Positions 38,254 through 51,637 of a stretch of 64,000 nt of DNA are shown here, piece by piece; positions within the stretch are counted from its first letter, which is position 1, and the number at the start of each line of letters is the position of its first letter. This stretch comes from Rhizaria sp. SCN 62-66 (taxonomy: Eukaryota). The notes under the pieces are model-generated. The model saw only the letters and a program-made list of their open reading frames with translations, made no database searches and had not been told where the DNA came from. Where the stretch lies: the NCBI GenBank assembly GCA_001724265.1, contig MEDY01000252.1, positions 1-64,000 of the forward strand, given 5' to 3'. The translations under genes and the position numbers were made by a program.

Positions 38254-40686
38254 TTACATCATGTCGTTGACGAAAGAGAAGGAGTCGGGTCCGGCCTTCT
38301 TGCCCGCGGCGGCCGAGTTGGCGGCCGCGGTGGCCGCGCCCAGTCTGGCGTCGCTGCCGCCGCCGCTGTGGGCAGTGAGCCCTGCGAAGGGGTCGCTGCT
38401 GTTGCTGCTGCTGTTGTTGTGGGCGCTGGACGACATCATCATCATCGCCAGCGCGTCGCCGTTGCCCGAGGACATGCCGCCCATCACGCCGAACTGCTGG
38501 CCGTGGCCGTGGCCGTGGGCGGCACTGGCGCCCGCGGAGCCGTTGAGCATCGCGTCCAGCGCTGAGCCGCCGGTGTGGCCGGCGTGGCCGCTGTAGCCGC
38601 CGGCGCGGGTGGCGGTGCTGCCAATGCTGGTGGCGCCCAGCAGGTCGGCCAGTGGGTCGCCGCTGCCGCCGCTGTTGGCCGCGTCGCTGCCGCTGAGGCC
38701 CAGGGACGCGAACGGGTCCTCGTACGCGGCCGCAGTCGCAGCATGGGCGGCGGCGGGGGGGCGGGCGGCGACCTTCATGTTGCTGAACAGACTCGCGCCG
38801 GCCCCGGCCGCGGCGGGCGCGGGGCGCGCCGCAGCGGGAGCGGGCTTGTTGGCGCCGCTGTTGAGGTCTCCCTCGTCGCCGTTGGAGATGAAGTCGAACG
38901 CGGACGCGGGCTCCTCGTCGGCCACCGTCGCGGCAGCCGCGCCGCCGAACGCCGCGAGGGGGTCGGCGTCGAAGCCGGGCAGAATCGACGCGGTGGCGGC
39001 AGCGGTGGTGCTGCTGCTCTCAGCGCTCGCGCCCATCAGACCGAAGAGATCAACCTCTCCGCTGCCGTTGCTGGCGCTGGCGCCGGCGCCGGCGCTGGCG
39101 CTGTTGCTGCGGCTGTGGCCGCCGTTGATGACGGGCGGCGCGGTCCGGGGCAGCGAGGGGGGCACCGTAGCCAGCGGGACGGCGGCGACGGCCAGACCCA
39201 CGGCCGCGGCGGCGGCGCCCGCGGCGGCGGCCAGCGCGGCGAACTCGGCCTCCGTGCGGAGCCCGGCGTGCGCGAGGCAGCGCGAAGCGAGAACCTGCAG
39301 CGGCCGGTGCTCCGTCTGCTGCTCCGCCGCGAACAGCGGCTGCGGCAGGTCGTTGACGGCGTCGTCGGCGTCGTCGCTGCCCTGAGCCCGCAGCAGCGCC
39401 TCGAGCACGTAGAGCGCACGCGTCGCCACAGCCGGCGCGGCGGGCGCGGGCGCCGACTGGCAGCGCAGCAGCAGTCCGCGCGCGACGGCGTACTTGTCAA
39501 GCGCGCGACACTGGTCCAGGAAGCGCGCCAGGTCCGCCGGCAGCGGCAGCGGGCGGACACCGCTTGGCGTTGTGATGTCGTCGATAAGCCGCATCTCGTA
39601 GACGTCGGGCTCGCGGGGGCCGCGGATCGCCTGCGTCTGAGACGCCGCCGCCGCCGCGGCGGGAGCGGCGCCAGCGTTACCAGCGGCCGCGTTCGCGCCC
39701 GCATGACTATGGGCGGGGGCGGGGGCGGAGTCTGCCCAGCCGCCGCCGGCGGTGCCGCGGTTCCACTGCGCGTTGGCCGCCGCCGCGCTGGCCGCCGCGT
39801 TGGCCGCGGCGTGGTACGAGTCCGCGGCCGCGCCGGGCTGCTGCGGCGCGGGACCGCGGAAGTCGCGGTAGCCGTGGCCGGCGGCCACGCGCTGTGTCGC
39901 GGCCGCCGCGGCGCGGATGCTAGAGTTGCTGGGCTTGTAGTTTGCGCTGCTGCCGTAGCCGCCGTAGCGCTCCGAGTCGCCGCCCGCGCGCGCAGAGGTC
40001 GAGTACACGCCCGGCGAGTAGCCGTGCCCGCCCGCGGCGGCCGCGGCGGCGGCCACGCCAGTCTGGCCGCCCATCTGCTGCTGCTGCTGGAGCTGCTGCT
40101 GCCTCTGCTGGTGCGCGATGGCCGCGGCCTGCATGGCGCCGCTGCGGGGCGTCTTGTCGTCCGTCATGACGTTAATGGCGTGCACGACGGCCGCGCGCGC
40201 CTTGCCGATGATGCGCTCGGCGCCAGACGCGGCGGCGGCGCCGCTGCCGGGGGGCGGCGCGCCGCCACCGAAGCCGGTGATGCGGTCCGCGTCGGCCGCC
40301 ACCGCCGCGGACGCCGCGGGCGCAGACGAGTCGAAGACGGCCGTGAGGGCCTCGCTGGCGGCCTCGCGCACGTGCTGCGCTGGCGCATCGCCGCGGAGCG
40401 GGTCGGGCATGCAGCGGAAAGTGGTGAGTTCCTTGATGGCGGCGTTGTCGCGCTGGAAGCCGATGCGGAACTCGGCGCGCCCGTGCTGCGAGATGTACTT
40501 GATCGCGCGCAAGGCCTTAACCTTAACGTCGGGAGACTTTTTGTTAAGCCGCGCGGCGAGGAGCGAGCGGATGGTGTCGCATTCCTTGACGGACGTGAGG
40601 GTGAGCTGAGCCAGCTCCTTGGCGGCGAAGGCGTTGAAGACCGTGCTGTCGTCGCTCGTGACCTTAGAAACGAGGCTGGAGGACAT
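38254..40686 (-). CDS. TEPSIN: Tepsin (AP-4 accessory ENTH/VHS-domain protein)
   Basis: Single coding exon. Tepsin-type ENTH (VKVKALRAIKYI...PDPLRGDAPAQHVREAA), second VHS-like domain (EMRLIDDITTPSGVRP), and AP-4-binding-like motifs SLFSNMKV and C-terminal DSFSFVNDMM. Ends TAA. Confidence 0.9.
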   Translation of the reverse strand: MSSSLVSKVTSDDSTVFNAFAAKELAQLTLTSVKECDTIRSLLAARLNKKSPDVKVKALRAIKYISQHGRAEFRIGFQRDNAAIKELTTFRCMPDPLRGDAPAQHVREAASEALTAVFDSSAPAASAAVAADADRITGFGGGAPPPGSGAAAASGAERIIGKARAAVVHAINVMTDDKTPRSGAMQAAAIAHQQRQQQLQQQQQMGGQTGVAAAAAAAGGHGYSPGVYSTSARAGGDSERYGGYGSSANYKPSNSSIRAAAAATQRVAAGHGYRDFRGPAPQQPGAAADSYHAAANAAASAAAANAQWNRGTAGGGWADSAPAPAHSHAGANAAAGNAGAAPAAAAAASQTQAIRGPREPDVYEMRLIDDITTPSGVRPLPLPADLARFLDQCRALDKYAVARGLLLRCQSAPAPAAPAVATRALYVLEALLRAQGSDDADDAVNDLPQPLFAAEQQTEHRPLQVLASRCLAHAGLRTEAEFAALAAAAGAAAAAVGLAVAAVPLATVPPSLPRTAPPVINGGHSRSNSASAGAGASASNGSGEVDLFGLMGASAESSSTTAAATASILPGFDADPLAAFGGAAAATVADEEPASAFDFISNGDEGDLNSGANKPAPAAARPAPAAAGAGASLFSNMKVAARPPAAAHAATAAAYEDPFASLGLSGSDAANSGGSGDPLADLLGATSIGSTATRAGGYSGHAGHTGGSALDAMLNGSAGASAAHGHGHGQQFGVMGGMSSGNGDALAMMMMSSSAHNNSSSNSSDPFAGLTAHSGGGSDARLGAATAAANSAAAGKKAGPDSFSFVNDMM

Positions 40687-42551
40687 GCTGCGCAGGGCCG
40701 GCGGGTCGCGGGGGAAGGGCGGCTAGCGGGGGAGGGGTGAGGGACCTGGCGGGGGCGGGCGCGGGGGGGCGCGGGGCGGGGGGAGGCCGAGTGTCGGGGA
40801 GGAGGGGGGGCGGGGGGGAAAAGGTCTGGGGAGGATTTCGAAGAAAAAACGAGGGATTTTCGGAAATAATGCGGTGAGTACGAACGGTGACAAGTCGTTT
40901 CTGTAAGAAAATACAAGGCATTTATCAACAGCTCATTGATGAAGAGGAGTACACCGAAGCGAAGTGCAAGGACGGTCAAGGGTTTAGGATCGCAATCGGC
41001 CATTTGCAAAAAGTGGCGTCAAAGACGGTATTCGCGAGGAAGCAGAGATCTAGCGCTATTCATTTAGAAAACAAGACCACCGCGTCTTCTCGTAAACCGT
41101 TATTATGGGCCAAAAACACATAGGTGCCGCGCCACACAGAGGCGCGAAGTCGCTCTGCAGCTCGTTGTGGTCATTGCCCTCGTAACCACAGCCGATAGCA
41201 AGCTCGCTTGGCAGCTGGCTCGGGACTGTGGGCCAGTGGCCGTGACACATTGACTTGGAAGGCATGTTAGCATACGAAAAGAGGTCATAACTTCTTCTAT
41301 TCGCAAAGCTTTTTAGCTATCACTTTTAAATATTGGCAATGGCTTGGCCATTGAAAATTTCACAGTGATGCGTTGTATGCGTGTTGTGCGCTTGAAGTAT
41401 GCCCTTTAAAATCGAAAGACTTATTTTCAGACTCCTATGTGGGAGTAACCCTTAAGGATACATGATGCAATAGAGTGCTTAGCGACAACGGCACGTATAT
41501 ATAATATTGAAATATAGATATTAAAATTGTTTGATTCGCATTTTGCATGCGACAAAGACAAAAGACTTAAAACTACCTCTGAACGTGGAGTTATAACATG
41601 CTCATTTGCCGGTCGCTGCACTTAAAGATAAGATTTTCTAATACTGATGTATTATATAACGAGACTGACAACATACGTAAACACAAGCCAATTCAACGTT
41701 TCAAGATGCGCAACATTCACAATGCAGCAGCAAAACCTGTGCGCTGGCAAAAAGGCGACCGCACCAACTTCTGCAACGCAAACTAATTTCAGCTCATTCT
41801 GCGCTCAGCACCGTCGAGTACCCAGGGAGTAGTGTATACACCGGCTACGTTTGCCATAAAAAGCAGCAGGGATGTGGTGAGCTGCGTGGTGAAAATTGTA
41901 CATCTGTCACACAACAGTGAAATGAAAATAAGCCGCATGGCTTTTGTGCGAGTATCACACGCGCAACCGCCGAGCCGCCGCTGCCGCTGACAAATCAAGC
42001 AGCGGCAACAGCAACCACGTAAGTTGAGACAACTGTTGCGATTACTAAAGCGGCAACGTCTATTGACAATCCAACCGTCCCTATAAATCCGAATGATAAT
42101 ATGACTGTACGTGTTAGTCGCGTCGACAGCGACGCGGCATTCTCTATGCGAGTACAACAATGGATGTGTTGTACGTGTGCGCGTCCCAGTCAACAACTGT
42201 GCGATCAGCAAGTTGCTGTGGAAGCTTTGATGATATGACAAAGAACTTTATGACAACTGTGTTGGTGTATTATCACATGTGTGAGGGTCAAGAACAGTGG
42301 TGCAATTGTGAAATAATAATAAAAATGCGCTTAAAAAATAATGTTCGCTAACAACGATGCTTTTAGACCATTAGGATATAGGTGTCACATGCTACCTAGA
42401 GGGAAAAGGAGTGATATAAGAATTAAAACATGTTATGTCCGTATTCATGCTTCAGTGGACGAATAATCATGATTTGCGACACTAAACCTAAATCTCTTCA
42501 AAATGACTCAAATTTGAAACGGTAAGCTGAACGGTCTTTTTAAGAACATGT

Positions 42552-45500
42552 TTACCACTTGGTCCGCCCCGCCACTCCCGCCGCCGCCGCAATCATCTCC
42601 AGCGCCCGTGCCATGACCACATCCCGCCTCTCCTTCACGGCCAGCTCCTCCGTCTTTGGCATGACTGTGGAGGCCCAGAGCCAGTGCGCCGCGGACGCCT
42701 CTCCCAGCGGCAGGCGCAGGCACGGCGGCGCGGCAGTAAGCGCCAGCGTCGCAAGATCGCTCTCGGCCAGGCTCGCGGTGTCGAGCCCGAACAGGTATCC
42801 GAGGCCCGTGTCAGGTACTGACTGCAGCGCGCTGAGGTGACGCAGCTGCGCAAACATCTCGTCGTCCTCGCCGTGGCCGCCAACTTGCGCCCCCACGGCG
42901 GCCCCTATCCCGAGGATATGCTTCCCGAGGGGATGTGTCTGCATGGCATGTGCGCCGACGCTCTTCTCCACCAAATTAAATGCATGTTTCATCTCCTTGA
43001 GGTGCGCTGATGGGGTGAAGCGAGGACCAAAGCTGTTTGCTTCTGTGTCGCAAGCGCGTGAAACTGTGAGCATACGCAGCGCAGTGGCGTGGCAAAGCAG
43101 ACGCTCAGCTCCGACATAAACCTTGCTGGTATCAATCCTGTTGTCACCGCTACTATCGCTTCTGGTGCTGCTTAAAGGAGAACCGGAGTTGCGCAAGCAC
43201 CGCTGCTGTGCGCGCTTAGCCAGCGCCGTAATGGCGTTTGCACGCTCTTGAGTTGCAGTAATCTTCTCGGTCAAAAAGACATAGTCCCCATTGCGCTCAC
43301 CAGACTCGCGCGGAAGTACGTGCGAGAGCTGCGGCAGCGGCTCCGTCACCAGCACCACTTTATCAGGCACCGTGACAGCGGGCGCACTTGGAGCGTCGAT
43401 AGGTGTTGTCTCGACATCCGAACGATGGGCAATCGTGAGCTCGCCAGTTTCGCAATCGCGAATTTCTTCAGTGATCGCCGTGACGATAATATTCATCGAC
43501 TCGTTTTCGATTACCGTCTTGCCAGTCTGCTTGATCGACTTGACAACATCGCGCGTGGTCGCGGCCAACGCGGCGTCGCCCAGGGCGCCCACGGTCGCGA
43601 GCTGCGCCGTCGAAAGCGGGGCCAAGGAGCGCGTGACAGAGACGCTCGCGTACGACACGCAGGCACCGTAACCGCGGCCGCCAATGTGCAGCTGCAGTTC
43701 CAGCCAACAGCCTGAAAAATACATGTACAACAAAAGCAATTGAACAACGGAAGCATGCAAAAAATTAGCGCATGTGATTATCATTAGTTCTAAAAAAGAA
43801 TCAAGACGTGTTAAGTTGAGAAAAAACTGTTGATAATTGGTGTAATAATGTTATTGTACGTATATGTAATGATAAAGGAAACCCTATGCTACTATAAAGA
43901 TCTCCGTTGTTCACGTAAGACTTACCTGTGTAGTCAACATCCTTGCCAAAAAGATCGTCTACATCAAACGTCGGCGACGTCTTCTGCAACATATTGCGGT
44001 TATTGTGCCTCAGCACGTTGACCCTCTTGTCCCCCGTTTCGGGGTCCGGCGAGCGCAGCACAAGAATAAGCGCCAACTTGTGGGAGCCCCAGCCTCGGTC
44101 GTTCCAGTGCGCGCTCACAGTCACTTCCAGCGGGCGCTCGCCGCGCAGGAACGGGTCCGTGACCGCGAGCAGACGGCGGCTGGTGGCTTGGTTGTGATAT
44201 CTGTTGCCGCTGGCATAGCCAGTTAGAGTCACGGTTTCCGTAACTGGAATATAAGCTGCAATCTGCAACATTGCAGCAGCGGGGACGACGACAAAGCTAC
44301 GCTGCTGACTGTGATCGCGGTCACTCACCGCCGCAGCTGCACACGTACGGTCGTTGACGGTGGCACTCTTGCGCGCACGGCCCGCCTCGACAAGCAGGCG
44401 GTACAGCGGCAAGCGCGCGACGTGCGCGTGCTCGCTCATCACGTACGGCTTCTCGGCCATCACCGCGCCCGCGCTCGCCAGCGCAGCCGCCGTCACGCCC
44501 GCAGCCGCTGCCTTGCGCTGCAAGGTCGCGGACTGAGAGTTAACTGCTCCATCCCCAGGCTGCAGACTCTTGTGCTGCTCCATCGCACGCTGATTCAACC
44601 TCTCAGACAGCTGGAACATCGCGCGGCACGCATCCGTGTCAGCAGCCTCCGCAGTGACAGCGAGCTGGCTGAACGCGCCCGCGCGAAACGGTGGTGTCGC
44701 TGCTGCAACGCGGAGCGCGCGCAAAAGCGCATGATGCTGCCTAATTTGCGCGAACTGCAGCAGCAGCGACGGCTTGGATGCATGCATGGCCTCGCTGTCA
44801 TGCTCACGCGGCTGGGACTGCTGTCCCGGATTGTTGACGCGCGTCTGCGCAAGGAAGCGAAGCGCGTTAACCGCGTCAAACTCGAGCGCGCGCTGCGAGT
44901 GCGGATACACCAGCCGCTTGTGCGCGCAGCCGTTGAGCACGGGCCACCGCAGCAGCGGCAGCGGGGCGCGGGGCGCGCTGATGGGCACCGCGATGCACGG
45001 GAAGTAAGTCAAGCCGCTGATATTGCCATTAGTGCTACCGCGACCATGACATTCACGTTGTTCTTTTGCGGCTGCATAAAAGTGCGCGTTATTCTTAGTG
45101 CCGTAACAGATGTCGCCGGAGCAACTGTCTCGGTCCTTGCTAATCGCCAATGCGGCGCGACGAGCAGTGGTGTCTTCCCACTTTTCGATAATATATCCAG
45201 CGCTGCCTCCGGTGCTTGCGGACTCGTTGCGTCCCACTTGCGTGCTGTCAGAGCTAACACTGGTGTTGGTGCTCTCGTTGGCGCTGCGTAGATGCGCGCG
45301 CGAGTGCGCCAACGGCGGACAGTTGCGGCGCTTCTCGTGGTCGAAGTGCTCCGAGAGTGCGCTTGCACACATCTCCACAGTGCAGTCGCAGTGGTCCAGC
45401 CTGTAGTACGAGGGCGTCAATTCCCTTGACCTGCCCAGTACCAGATCCTCATCGTAAAAGGGGTTGTCTACGCGGTCGATAGCCGCGCCGTACGTCCCCA

Positions 45501-46965
45501 CCTCACATGAAGCGGTCTGCGAGATCGGAACCGATGCAAGTGGAAGCCTCGCACAAGTAAGAAGAGCACCGCACTGCGGGTCGCCGCAAAGGCTATTGCA
45601 GCACACGTCGTACTCGTAGTGGTGCGCAAACACGCTGGTCATCGCGAGCGCAAGCCGGCTGGCCCTGTAGACGCTCGCGCCGTCAGTGACGCCAGGAACG
45701 CTTGCGTCCACAGCAGGGCCGCCTGCGCTGCCCCGCAGCGGGAGCGGGGCGCTGGCGACGAGCCACGTGAGCGAGTCGTTGGGACACGTTGACGGCGCTG
45801 CCACTAGAGCAGCACGAGCGCGCGCGCGGTCATCGCCGCGCTGATTAAGCTTGCAATTGTCGCTGCTTTCTGCGACAGCTGGACAGCTGCTGTCAGTGGC
45901 AGTTGCAGCGATCGCCGCCTCCACAACAGTGTTGACATAGGCGTCCGCGGTGCTGACACAAGCAGTCGTCGCATTCGTCACCGCATTGGTGTCATCGATA
46001 CTCGCGACCGTCCCAACGCTATCAGTCCCAGCGTTCGTGCTGTGGGCGTTGTGGGCGTTGCGGAGCACTGTGAGATCGTCCTGAGTCGGCGCCGCAAACC
46101 CTCGGGTGAGCGTAACGACCACATCGCAGACGTCAACCGCGTCAGCGTTTGCACCCGCACTCGCACTCACAGGGACGCTTGCGCGGAGAGTTGCCGTCGA
46201 GTTCGATTCCTCGCTCGCGTTGTTCGCATCCGTGCTCAAGTGTAGGTAGCCGCCGTCGCTGTGACGGTACCAAAGCTCCCACCAGCAGCCCGCCAAGCTA
46301 ACTTGATTGTTCATATTAACGTTTGTGGTGCTGGGATACGTTGCGGAACTTAGCCACTGCGCAAGCTTGTCGTAGCTCACGGCCGCCTCGTACTTGTAGC
46401 CACCGCCTGTTGCCGCTGCCGCGGCGGCGACGGGCCCAAGGTCAAGCGGGAGCGCGCGCGTCTGCGTCCGCGCGGGCGACACAAGCGCGAGAAATAGCTT
46501 CGCGTCGCTGCGGGGCGCGTGCGTGGCCGCGAGCGAAAGCGACAGCAGCCGCTCGCTCGGCAGCAGCGGGTCCGTGAGCGGCAGGAAGCGCTGGAACGGG
46601 GCGCCATCGCCGCGGAACGCCTCCAGAGAGGTCAAATCAGTCTGCTCTATCCGCTTACTCTTGGCAGCTACGCACTGTACGGAGTCACTGTTGCTAGCGG
46701 CAAGCTGTGGTGGCAGAGAGTGGAAGTAGTGGGAGAGTCGAGTCACGGAGCGCGAAGGAAGGTACTCTGCGATGCACATCTTGGCCTCAAATGGAAGATC
46801 CTCCGGGATTGCTGATAACAAACATTCGTAGAGCGGAAGTCGGGCAAGGTGGCCGCGCTAACTAGGCATTGATGGTGCGCTGTTATCGACTGTCGCTGCT
46901 GAGATAGCGCCAAGATGCTTGCTCCAGCTCGAGCTGCTTGGAGCCGTCGCAGCGACCGAGGTCAT
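42552..46965 (-). CDS. Hypothetical protein (~1400 aa, 1 in-frame TAG) with a duplicated F-box-like motif
   Basis: Exons 46965-43926 and 43711-42552, phase-compatible. The N-terminal ATG is joined through TAG 46858-46860. No family recognised. Ends TAA. Confidence 0.65.
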
Positions 46966-48869
46966 TGTAGCAAAGATAAGAACCTTTAAAGAAAATATAC
47001 AAGGATTCCGAATGGATATGACTTAAGGTGGTGAGTTCATTCGCTTAAAAGTTCACACTGACGAAATATGTGACTCTAAATGGCAACGAAGTCTGATACA
47101 AGATCCGATTGCGAGAGCGACGTCGCTCAAATAGAGTCATTGATCGGGTTTTTCGTAATTCAAAGAAATATCACTAAACTATACAGATTTTTAATCGCTA
47201 ACAGTTAATAATATCTCCAACAGCAAAGAGTGGCGTGCATAATATTAAGTTGTAGTTCAGCACAAATCTTTCGCGTATTTTGGTATCCTCCACCACAAAC
47301 CATTTTTGAGCTGTCAAACCGTTTAAAAACGTTGCTACATAACACATTGGCAAGCCAATTAGCAAAACCCGCACGATGAATGTGAAGCTATACTTAACTT
47401 TTATGCGATGTATACTTAAAGAAGCTATCAGGGATTGATAATATAACATAGTCGTGTGTATATCTCGTGTTACGTGATGGCAAAGGGTGCCGTGAACGCC
47501 CGCGATCACTCGCCGAACGAATGAATAACTTGCTTCAGTCATAACATGTGCTGCACTTCGCAGCAGCGCATGGCGGTACTGCGCTTTGTCACGCGTCAGC
47601 CAGTTTATGCCCCCCCACTTCGTGTCTTCGCTACAGCGTGTCCGGTGAGCCTGCTGCGCGCGCGATGGACCGCAAAGTGGCAGACTCGTATCAGTGGCAC
47701 GCAATTGGAGGAACCATTGACGACTTAGTGTTGACTTCTTTGGGTTGTGCTGTCAAGCCAAGAGTTACAAGAGTAGTATAGGGTAGAAGCGGATTATTAC
47801 TCACTTGGGTAAAATCTCGCTATATACTACTCAAGACTCGCGTTGGCATCGCGAAAGTGTTGTACAAGTGTACATCTCATGCGGTAGCTTTGCACACTCG
47901 ACCGCCTTGCCGGACACGGCAACAAAGAGATGGAGGTGAGCCAAGCGTGTCTGCATAACAGCAAGGTTCCCGTTTCCTTGTGTCAAACTGAGTCAGATGC
48001 AGAGGCGCCAGACCAGCCGGGCAAGATCTCATGATATGAGAGGAGATTCTACAGAGCACACGCAAGGTCCTCAAGTCAGCAATGGATGAGCTGCGCGCAG
48101 GCGGCGCTCGACACCCGCATGGGTGCCGAGAAGACTACCGAAATCATTGTGCAAGAAGCAAGCGCACCACCAAAATGCAGGTCCGGCATATTCAATAGGA
48201 AGCACAATATTAGCGCATTGAGGAAACGCTGCGACTCAACACACACTACTAAGTGATTCATGATGATCAGTACATATACAGACAGTTGCCGAGAAGCCTG
48301 TACATTCATTGCTGCATAAGGTGCGCAATAAATCTCTTCTGCACAGTACAGATTAGAAGTAAGGTTTATATCTCTGGCACCCAAAATGCACGTTGTTTGA
48401 GCCTGCAACCAACGTTGTCTCGCTTGGACACGTCCTGGATCATTTAACCTCGCTCACAGTGCGTGTGCCTGGGACTGTCAAGCAACAGTTAAAGTATAGG
48501 AATAGCATCCCAAGATAATATATCCGAGTGCGCCATCTATCTCTCTCAGCTGTATGTCGGGGTACTGTTTGGAGTCTATACATGTGTCCAATGTGCGATG
48601 CTCCGGCGCAACTCTGGAATGTCTGACTAAACTTATATTTATCTCGGTCAACTGATCGTCAGCATGGCTTTATTCTGCATACTTACTTGGAAAATGCGTG
48701 TTTTTATATTTGACTAATATTATTCTTTGACGCGACTCTTTTCTCGATGTGATCGAACGACTAACTTCGCTCTCCTTTGCTCCCGTCTTACCTCGTAGTT
48801 GCACATTCACGCTTTTCCATCCACTTCTTACCTACATAGCATATTCACTACTGTCAGAGCACCCCCATT

Positions 48870-50942
48870 ATGTCCTGCTCCGCGCACATCTCTGTGGCTG
48901 CCTCACAAGGTGATCCCCCTTTGTCTGTGGCGACATCGCCCTCCCCCGCCCATGCCCACCCAAGCCCCGTCCCAATCTCAAGCGCTTGTTATAACAGCGT
49001 CCCCGCCCCCGGAGCTCGTGCCCGCGCCGAGCCTCACGCCCCCGCTCTTACAGCGCTGTCTCCGCTCGTTTCCGCCGCGCTGTCCAACCCCATGGCGGCG
49101 CTCTCGGCCCCCGTGTGCTCGGACGCGCGCCTGCCACCGGAGCCGAACCTGGCGCTGCTGCGGAGCGCGCTGACCAAGTACCGCATCCGGCTCTTCCGCG
49201 ACTGCGAGCAGGAGAAAGCGACGGTGCGGGCCATCTTCGAGGACGGCATGGGCAGCTACGCGACCAACCGCCGCGGCGTGCAGTGGATGCAGCAGCGCCG
49301 GCGCCGCAGGGACCCGCACCACAATAATGACAGCAGTAACAACAATACGAATGTGAGTGCCACGGGTACTCAGTGCTCTGCAGAGGGCGATTCTTCTCAC
49401 ACTCACCCTCCGTCTGAGGGTGGCGCGGTGCCGTACACCCCCTTAGACCCCACCGAGGTGCTCTTGTTCCCGCCCGAGACCGCGGAGCAGGCGCAGGCGC
49501 GGCGGCAGTTCTTCGACACGGCGATGGCTTCCTTTGCGGGCTACACGGCGTGGTCGCTGTCGGACGCCGCGCTGACCGACATCAAGAACTACTGGCAGCC
49601 CGAGGTGGACCGTTCGGTGTTCCTGGTGTGCGAGGACCGCGTCTCGGGCGAGGTTGTGGGCACTATTGCGCTGCAGCCCGTGTCCAGGTACGGCCACTGA
49701 TTGTTCGCATATGAGAACAAAATGTTATTTAACACTGTGACTAAACTACGATGCATGATTTTGTGCTAGAATTAACTTGATTTGTCTCTTGGCTGCTTTG
49801 GCGTTGCTCGCTTTCTTTCACTCTGACACGTTCTCTTTTGTTTGGGATCAACACATTCTCTATGCAGGGCTGGTGGCTTCTACGGCAAGGCGTTGGAGGA
49901 CCAGCAGGCGTACTTCGAGAAGATTGCCGCGTACATCAACGACGCCGAGCAAGAGCTCAGCTCCGACGCCAGTCTCGGTGACGCGAGCGCACTGCGTGCG
50001 GCCGTGGACGCCAAAGTCAAGCCGCTGTGCCGCCCGGCGGTGCCCGGCATGGCGGGGGACGCGTGGGACGACGTCACGTGTGCCCGCGTGTACACTGCAC
50101 TCAAGGGCAACAGCGACGCCATTGAGCGCACGAAGGCCGCCGGTGGCAGTGCAAGTGCCGGCGGCGCCGCAGTGTGTCAGAGCAGTGTGCTCGCTGACTG
50201 TGCGCGCGTGTATCGTGCGTCGTCCGAAGACGATAACACTACCGTTGCTTGCGATACTGTCTCCTGTGCTGCCAGCAGCACGAGTAGCGAGCATGAGTTT
50301 GACGCTATCCGCACTCGCTACTTGCCTTTGCACCCTGATCTGTGGGAATACCACCCCTGTGCACACCTCGTCAACAAGAACAGCACCGGCGACTGCGCCA
50401 GCGCTGCGGCGAATGACAGCGACTACTAGTCCGAGGTCGCGGCCACCACAGCGTTCTTGTCGTCGCTGCCGCCCGCGCAGGTCTTCTCGCCATACAACGA
50501 GGCCGAGATGCGCCGCGTGTCTGTCGCGCGCGCGCACCGCAGGCACGGTGTCGCGCAGCTCCTCGTCTACACGGCGCTGGAGCTCGCGCAGCACGTCTTC
50601 GGCTACCACGCGGTGCACCTGTCGACGGCTGAGTCGATGGCCAGCGCCGTCCGGTTCTACCTGCGCACGGGCTTCGCGGTGGCCTACTCGCGCATCGGGT
50701 GCGGCGACACATCGCAGTGGCCGTGTGTGCACTTCCGCTGGCCGCTGGGCGCGGTCGGCCGGCAGCTGGGCCCGCTGCGGGACATCAGGGCTACAACGTT
50801 CTACGAGCTCGACTACGAGGAGTTCTACGGAGCCGACAGCGAATATGCTAGCAGCAGCAGCAGATACGGTGACAGTAACAGCCAGGAGAAGAGCGCTGCC
50901 GCTGGTGCTGTTGATACTAAAGAGAGCCTGAGTGCTGAGTGA
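48870..50942 (+). CDS. GNAT-family N-acetyltransferase (NAT8-like), split by insertions (~630 aa, 1 in-frame TAG)
   Basis: Exons 48870-49687 and 49868-50942. YRIRLF...VRAIFEDGM; LTDIKNYW...FLVCED...VVGTIAL; then, through TAG 50427-50429, EAEMRRVSVARAHRRHGVAQLL (acetyl-CoA motif) and AVRFYLRTGF. Ends TGA. Confidence 0.8.
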
Positions 50943-51637
50943 GAGTGCTGTTGCTGATGTTGCCTCTGTTACTTGAGTGTGCAGATGTCTATGCATTTCT
51001 TAACCGGGTTCTTGTCATGGTTTTTCACTATTATCACGATCATTATTATTATTTAGAGCTGGACAAGTAAGCCGGGACTCAGACAAGTGTTTATTGAAGT
51101 TGTCTTTGCTTAGTGTCACGCGCCGCGCAGTAAAACACTGCGTAACGAATGATGAAATACAATTCGCTTATTTTCCAGAATTGAACGTAGATAAGTTGTT
51201 AAAAAACTTCAGCTACACATGTTTCTTGTTTTTCCTGACACTATTCCTCAATTTGCTCTGTGAGTTTACAATAGACGGTGTGAGAGTGCTCCAGTAACTC
51301 GATCTTGACTGAGATGCGAAAAAATTCGAACACTCGACGTTCAAATGCACATTTCAATTGACACAAATACAAAAACATAACGCAAATAATATGTTGCTTT
51401 CTGATATCAACGACCTTAACTGCCAACATGGTTTACTCTCATCCTCGGCGACCGATGCAAAGCGCTGTTGGGAATCAAATTGAAAGAATGTATTGCGAAT
51501 ACACCGACATTTAAGAAAAATTCAGATAATTCAACGTTAACCTACATGAAACAATACTAAATATACATATCTTAAGATAAACAAAACGCGTGACCACTCA
51601 TAGCACATCAAAGCAGCCATCCAAGTACTCCTAGCAC

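Noticed and set aside
41790-42240. Weakly coding-looking stretch in the tepsin/unknown-gene spacer
   Set aside because: Short frames broken by TGA/TAA, no recognisable domain and no consistent exon model. Possibly a decayed fragment.
47198-48450. Short ORFs in the intergenic region
   Set aside because: AT-rich, no codon bias and no motifs.
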